Shown here piece after piece: positions 59,679 to 64,000 of a stretch of DNA of 64,000 bases. Under the pieces are notes generated by a model that saw only the letters and a program-made list of their open reading frames with translations, was not told the origin of the DNA and ran no database searches. Source of the DNA: Pirellulaceae bacterium (lineage in GTDB: Bacteria > Planctomycetota > Planctomycetia > Pirellulales > Pirellulaceae); the NCBI GenBank assembly GCA_041748315.1, contig JBGTDM010000087.1:3502-67501 (forward strand), written 5' to 3'. How positions within the stretch are numbered: the stretch's first letter is position 1; each line of letters begins with the position of its first letter. The translations under genes were made by a program, and so were the position numbers.

Positions 59679-60677
59679 ATGGAATTCGGATTGAGACTTG
59701 GAATCGTCGTTGGATTCATTTGGATGGCACCGATGCAACTGTTGGGTCAACCCGGTTCGTCGGCAAATCAGAAACAACAGGAATCGTCACAACGCATCAC
59801 TGATGCCGCCAGCAACATCAATCGTCTACAGCGGTTTTCGTTGCGGTATGCATTGAAACCGGGTGAGGAACTTCGCTGGGACGTCGAACACATTGCCTCC
59901 GTTGAAACGAAAGTAGGTGAGCACCAGGAAAAATTGTCGTCTCGAACGAATTCGACCAAATTGTGGCGAGTGATTGAAGTCGATAGTCGCGGCAACATGA
60001 CGCTTCAAAACAGTGTGGAGCGCCTGAGTTTGTGGAACAAGACGGGGGACGACGAACCGGTCAGTTACGACAGTGAAAAAGGGGGACAACCCCCACCGAT
60101 GTTTGACGCTGCCGTTGCCAAGGTTGGTGTCGTTCTAGCTACCGTGACAATTGACCCCACGGGAAATTTGATCAGTCGCAATACGAACTTGTCTGAATCC
60201 AGTTTCGGTGTTGGCGACATCACGATTCCATTCCCAGACGAACCGATTGGAATCGGGCACCAGTGGAGTGTCAGCGGTGAGACTTCGGCACGACATGGCG
60301 ATGGTCGAGTCAAGACGATAAAATCCAGGCGGCTTTACACGTTGTCAGCGGTTGAAAATCAGGTTGCGATAATCGATTTCCAAACGGAGATTTTGACTCC
60401 GATTGAGGACCCAAAGATTGAATCGCAAATCATCCAAAAAAAGAACCGTGGAAAAATTAAGTTCGATTTGGCGGCTGGGCGCGTGCTTGCCCAGGAGATC
60501 GATTGGAAAGAACAGGTTCAGGGATTCGAGGGCGCCGAGAGTAATCTCGTTTATATGGCTCGCCTTTCTGAGCAAATACGCCTGCCGCGCGTTTCCAAAC
60601 GAAATCAAGTGGAGAATGATACGGCTGATCTGATCATCAAACCCCATGATGGCAAACCCGTCCTGCGCAAACGATAG
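59679..60677 (+). CDS. Secreted hypothetical protein
   Basis: The ATG at 59679 follows AGGGAGG. Signal-like MEFGLRLGIVVGFIWMAPMQLLG. No motif recognised. Confidence 0.55.
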   Translation: MEFGLRLGIVVGFIWMAPMQLLGQPGSSANQKQQESSQRITDAASNINRLQRFSLRYALKPGEELRWDVEHIASVETKVGEHQEKLSSRTNSTKLWRVIEVDSRGNMTLQNSVERLSLWNKTGDDEPVSYDSEKGGQPPPMFDAAVAKVGVVLATVTIDPTGNLISRNTNLSESSFGVGDITIPFPDEPIGIGHQWSVSGETSARHGDGRVKTIKSRRLYTLSAVENQVAIIDFQTEILTPIEDPKIESQIIQKKNRGKIKFDLAAGRVLAQEIDWKEQVQGFEGAESNLVYMARLSEQIRLPRVSKRNQVENDTADLIIKPHDGKPVLRKR

Positions 60678-60879
60678 TTGGGCCGCTGACCATCCCGTAT
60701 CTGGGAACACCGGTCAGGGACAATACGGGAACTTGGCGTGCGACCAATCAATGCGTGGTTCTCAGGTCAATCACCATTGATCGCACAGATTTGCTAGAGA
60801 TTGCAGTAGCGATATTCCAGCATTGGCTGCGGAATGGCAGCTCACCACTGCGCTTCTTTCGCACAACAATCAACTCGAC

Positions 60880-61518
60880 ATGAATCGCCGTGATATAATC
60901 CCTAAGAATCAAATTTTGCCTGGTAGGCATTTTAAAGTGAGGAGTCGATCCGTTAAGACTTTAGATGACTATGTCAATGAATTTGAAGAACTCTGGCAAG
61001 ATGCTGAAGCCATTTGGGATCGGCAGCAATACGAACGAGATTTTGAATCGTATGCGGGTGCTGATTATCGCGAGTTATTGCCCTGGCTGATGCGACTGCG
61101 CGACCAAACGACTAGTATTCTGGAATGGGGTTCCGGGCTCGGTGTCGTCACGATCATGGCGAGTCATCTGGGTTTTGACGCTTATGGTATCGAAGTTGAG
61201 CCTGTGTTATTGGATTTTAGCCAGGAACTGGCCGAACGGTTCGAAGCGAAATGTCAATTTGCCTTGGGCAGTTTTATTCCCGATGCATTCGTTTGGCGTC
61301 CGTCGGCTGGAGAAGAAGCCATCCGCACGTCCATCGATGATGCAGATGGTTATGATGCTCTAGGCATGGAACTTCACGATTTCGAACTTGTTTATGGCTA
61401 TCCATGGCCAACGGAACACGAGTTGTATCAAAATATTCTGCGGCAGTTTGGCTCGCCGAATGTCCAATTGTTGACCTACGACGCACGTGAAGGTGTTTCG
61501 GTAATGCGATTCAACTAA
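60880..61518 (+). CDS. Small class I SAM-dependent methyltransferase-like protein
   Basis: Motif I-like ILEWGSGLGVVTIMASHLG followed by AYGIEVEP. The start is uncertain (ATG at 60880; ORF-track TTG at 60823). Confidence 0.5.
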   Translation: MNRRDIIPKNQILPGRHFKVRSRSVKTLDDYVNEFEELWQDAEAIWDRQQYERDFESYAGADYRELLPWLMRLRDQTTSILEWGSGLGVVTIMASHLGFDAYGIEVEPVLLDFSQELAERFEAKCQFALGSFIPDAFVWRPSAGEEAIRTSIDDADGYDALGMELHDFELVYGYPWPTEHELYQNILRQFGSPNVQLLTYDAREGVSVMRFN

Positions 61519-61831
61519 CGATCGTTTTGGAAATTCAGTCTGGTACCGATGGAGCCATTAAATTAACAACCCGTCTCAGTTGCTCGGATGATCGTTGGTT
61601 ATGAGGTGTTTTGAGGTGTCAGGCGTCAAACGCGGGCGACTGGCAAGCATCGGTGAACACGGTCTCCTATTTCGTTCACGCCCTTTATTTTCAGGACGAA
61701 GCGCATGACCCATCGATCTTGCTTCGGGTTTTGGTATGGCTCGTCAACTGGTGTTCGCGATGAGTTTACCGTACATTCGACTCTCCCGGTAATCAGGTCT
61801 CGATAGCGCCCACAACTTTAAAATCGTATCA

Positions 61832-62233
61832 ATGAGCGATCCGAAATATCCCGGTGCTTCTTTCAATCGTCCCACTGGGCCACCCGTTGATTCGGCAAAC
61901 CCGTTCGCTCCACCGATCTCCGTTCCGTCGGCGACTCCTGCTCAATCTGATTCTCCAACCGCTTCGGCAATCGATGGGATCTTGCCAACTAACCCATTAG
62001 CGGCGATTTCATGCTACTTGGGGATCTTTTCGTTGATCACGTGTTTTGGTGGCGTACTTTTTGGACCGCTCGCCATTCTTTTAGGAGTTATAGGATTGAA
62101 GACCTGGAGGCTTCAAGAATCGAAATACGGCAAAACGATGTCATCAATTCGAGCATGGATTGGCATTGTTACCGGTGCACTGAGTATCCCGCTTTCCATT
62201 ATCGCTATTGTGATGGCTTTTATGAATAGGTAA
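61832..62233 (+). CDS. Small membrane protein (DUF4190-like: Pro-rich N-terminus plus two TM helices)
   Basis: The Pro/Ser-rich N-terminus is followed by AAISCYLGIFSLITCFGGVLFGPLAILLGVIGL and a second TM helix. Confidence 0.6.
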   Translation: MSDPKYPGASFNRPTGPPVDSANPFAPPISVPSATPAQSDSPTASAIDGILPTNPLAAISCYLGIFSLITCFGGVLFGPLAILLGVIGLKTWRLQESKYGKTMSSIRAWIGIVTGALSIPLSIIAIVMAFMNR

Positions 62234-62296
62234 CTCGAGATCGGCTCGTGAACAAGTTCGTGAACAATGCAGTCGACGATGCCCCAAAATTAAAAA

Positions 62297-62335
62297 GGGC
62301 TCGCCTGGATAACAATTCCAAGCGAGCCCTTTTTT
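62297..62335 (+). terminator. Intrinsic terminator (bidirectional-looking: A-run, stem, T-run)
   Basis: AAAAA-GGGCTCGC(62297-62304)...GCGAGCCC(62322-62329)-TTTTTT. Confidence 0.7.
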
Positions 62336-62760
62336 CCGTAAAAAGCTGGTATGGCTAAGGTCGAGCGGCTTGGTCGAAAAGAATTTCGACGGCTTCGTTT
62401 AGCTGATTATTAATTCGCCACACTTCGGCGATTCTTACCTTAGATTCACGGTCGACATCCTGTCAAAGTTCATTGGGTTACGAGTCAAGTCTCAATTTTG
62501 TTCAAACTCATCGTTTGCGGGAATGTCGATGAGTGGAACCAGGAAAAGCCCATGTCGATAGTGGTTTTCGTTATTGCAAGTGGTGTGCCAATCAAATGAC
62601 TGGCGGGGACAAAATTCTGGCAGATTGAGGATCATTCGACTAAACCGCAAAAAACGTTACATCTAGCATCGAAATGGTTCAAACCGGTGTTGCCATGATG
62701 ACCCGACTCAGTGTGCACCAAACGTGCAATTTGAAAACATTTCAAATTGCTAGCACGACT

Positions 62761-63414
62761 TTACAAATTCGTGGCGTCGAGATTGCGGACAAAACTGGTC
62801 GTAATGGCTGCAAGCACGAGTTGTTCTCGCTTGAAATCGCGATCTTCAGCTTGAATTAGCAAAACGAAGGTATGCTCCGAGGTGGTGAAGTAACGGATCC
62901 GGGCCTCGATTAACAAATCGAGGTAGAAGAAATTTGCGTCGTAGCCTGATAGGTGAAACTGTTCGATTTGCTCGGAGGTTTCTTCAAATTCGACAGAGTC
63001 GTAGTTTTTTTCCAATTCGAGGAGTATTTCGCGGGCGAGGCTTTGTGCATCGCTCGAATTGGGAAAAACGTGAAGATTCCAAATACTTCCTGCCGGCGAC
63101 TCAATGGTGATGTCGTAGGGTTTAAGATTGGTTGGGTGATTGTGAAGTTTCCAATTCTTCGGATACTGAATCTTGACTCCCGGGCCTTCGAAAACTGCTG
63201 TCATGCTTACATGCCATCTTTGGATGGAGGGTTCCAAAGCATTTATTTGGAGGCATGTGCTGGCATCTGTCAACACCTGAACGACCCGCCCATTTTCAAT
63301 GGACGCAAAAAGTTTACCTAACCGATATAGAAAGGACGGTCTGACTCTGTTAAGCTCTGCCGCTTTTTCAAGATGTTCCCTTGGTATTTCAGGTGAAACC
63401 GAACTGGTCAACAA
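62761..63414 (-). CDS. Hypothetical protein
   Basis: A 217-aa ORF with a TTG start in the ORF track. The true start is uncertain. No motif recognised. Confidence 0.4.
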   Translation of the reverse strand: MLTSSVSPEIPREHLEKAAELNRVRPSFLYRLGKLFASIENGRVVQVLTDASTCLQINALEPSIQRWHVSMTAVFEGPGVKIQYPKNWKLHNHPTNLKPYDITIESPAGSIWNLHVFPNSSDAQSLAREILLELEKNYDSVEFEETSEQIEQFHLSGYDANFFYLDLLIEARIRYFTTSEHTFVLLIQAEDRDFKREQLVLAAITTSFVRNLDATNL

Positions 63415-63434
63415 TCGCGGTTTGTCAGAATGAC

Positions 63435-64000
63435 ATGCAACGCATTTCTATTGCGATTGCGTCGTTGTTGTTTGTGGTCTCCGTGAATGGCTGTGGTTCA
63501 TTCCGGCACGTCCAGACCCAACAGCAGACGGCACAAGCTCGTGCGATCACCTATGATGGACTCAGTGCGATGCGACAGGGTCAAACTGAGCGTGCGACCC
63601 AACTTTTTGCCGAGGCAGCTTCACTTGCTCCCGATGATTTCCGAATTCATGAAAATATGGCAATCAGTTTAGCCGAGCAGGGCGCAATTGACGAGGCAAT
63701 TCAGCGTACCCAGGCGGCGATTCAGCTTTCTCCCGCGGAGACGCGCCTCCATGTGCAGCTAGGTCAATTGTACATGCGTCGGCATCAACCTCACTTGGCC
63801 GAAAATCAATCGAAGAAAGCTTTGCATCTCGATCGAAAATGTTGTGCCGCGTGGACATTGCAAGGGCAAGCGCAAGCCGCTCAGGGAAAACTTGACGAGG
63901 CATTGATCAGCTTGTTGCGTGCTGCATCGGTGGATCCGTATGATCAGCAAATTCCGTTCGAGATCGCTCACGTCTATCAGCGACAGGGGCGAAGTTCGTT
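63435..64000 (+). CDS. TPR-repeat lipoprotein (3'-partial, runs off window end)
   Basis: This ORF is not in the ORF track because it has no stop. I translated it by hand from the ATG at 63435: MQRISIAIASLLFVVSVNGCGSF (lipobox), then TPR-like units. The frame stays open to 64000. Confidence 0.7.
   Translation, partial: MQRISIAIASLLFVVSVNGCGSFRHVQTQQQTAQARAITYDGLSAMRQGQTERATQLFAEAASLAPDDFRIHENMAISLAEQGAIDEAIQRTQAAIQLSPAETRLHVQLGQLYMRRHQPHLAENQSKKALHLDRKCCAAWTLQGQAQAAQGKLDEALISLLRAASVDPYDQQIPFEIAHVYQRQGRSS

Overview
This 64-kb window looks chromosomal and probably comes from a member of the Planctomycetota. That assignment is an inference from gene content: PEP-CTERM proteins, a ThuA-like protein, an ECF sigma factor paired with a TPR Ser/Thr kinase, an ABC-permease/CPBP-protease fusion, an HTTM protein and a multihaem cytochrome. 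GC looks moderate by eye. Most of the window is densely packed housekeeping DNA: a LolCDE-like ABC pair, lysS, hflX, ispH, pcm, recA, tsaD, xseB-ispA-dxs-nadK and a UDP-glucuronate decarboxylase. Two parts stand out. (1) At 0.76-5.25 kb there is a three-gene minus-strand operon. It encodes a MotA/ExbB-type channel with a long coiled-coil tail and two divergent ExbD/TolR-like single-pass coiled-coil proteins, one of which lacks the conserved transmembrane Asp. I cannot assign this combination to a named system. (2) At about 27.9-36 kb there is a repeat-rich accessory segment. It holds PEP-CTERM proteins and a REP-associated tyrosine transposase (RAYT, HUH/Y1 type) flanked on each side by four REP doublets. 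A third REP cluster sits next to a truncated PEP-CTERM gene. A second, unrelated repeat family of about 131 bp (nested palindrome, MITE-like) is present in two copies, each bracketed by a 4-bp direct repeat. Two REP copies supply the stop codons of convergent genes. I saw no rRNA, tRNA or CRISPR/cas features. Coordinates come from the supplied ORF track. That track also treats GTG/TTG as starts, so I moved several starts to the first plausible ATG after checking the codon in the sequence. All functional calls rest on motif recognition by eye, not on database searches.
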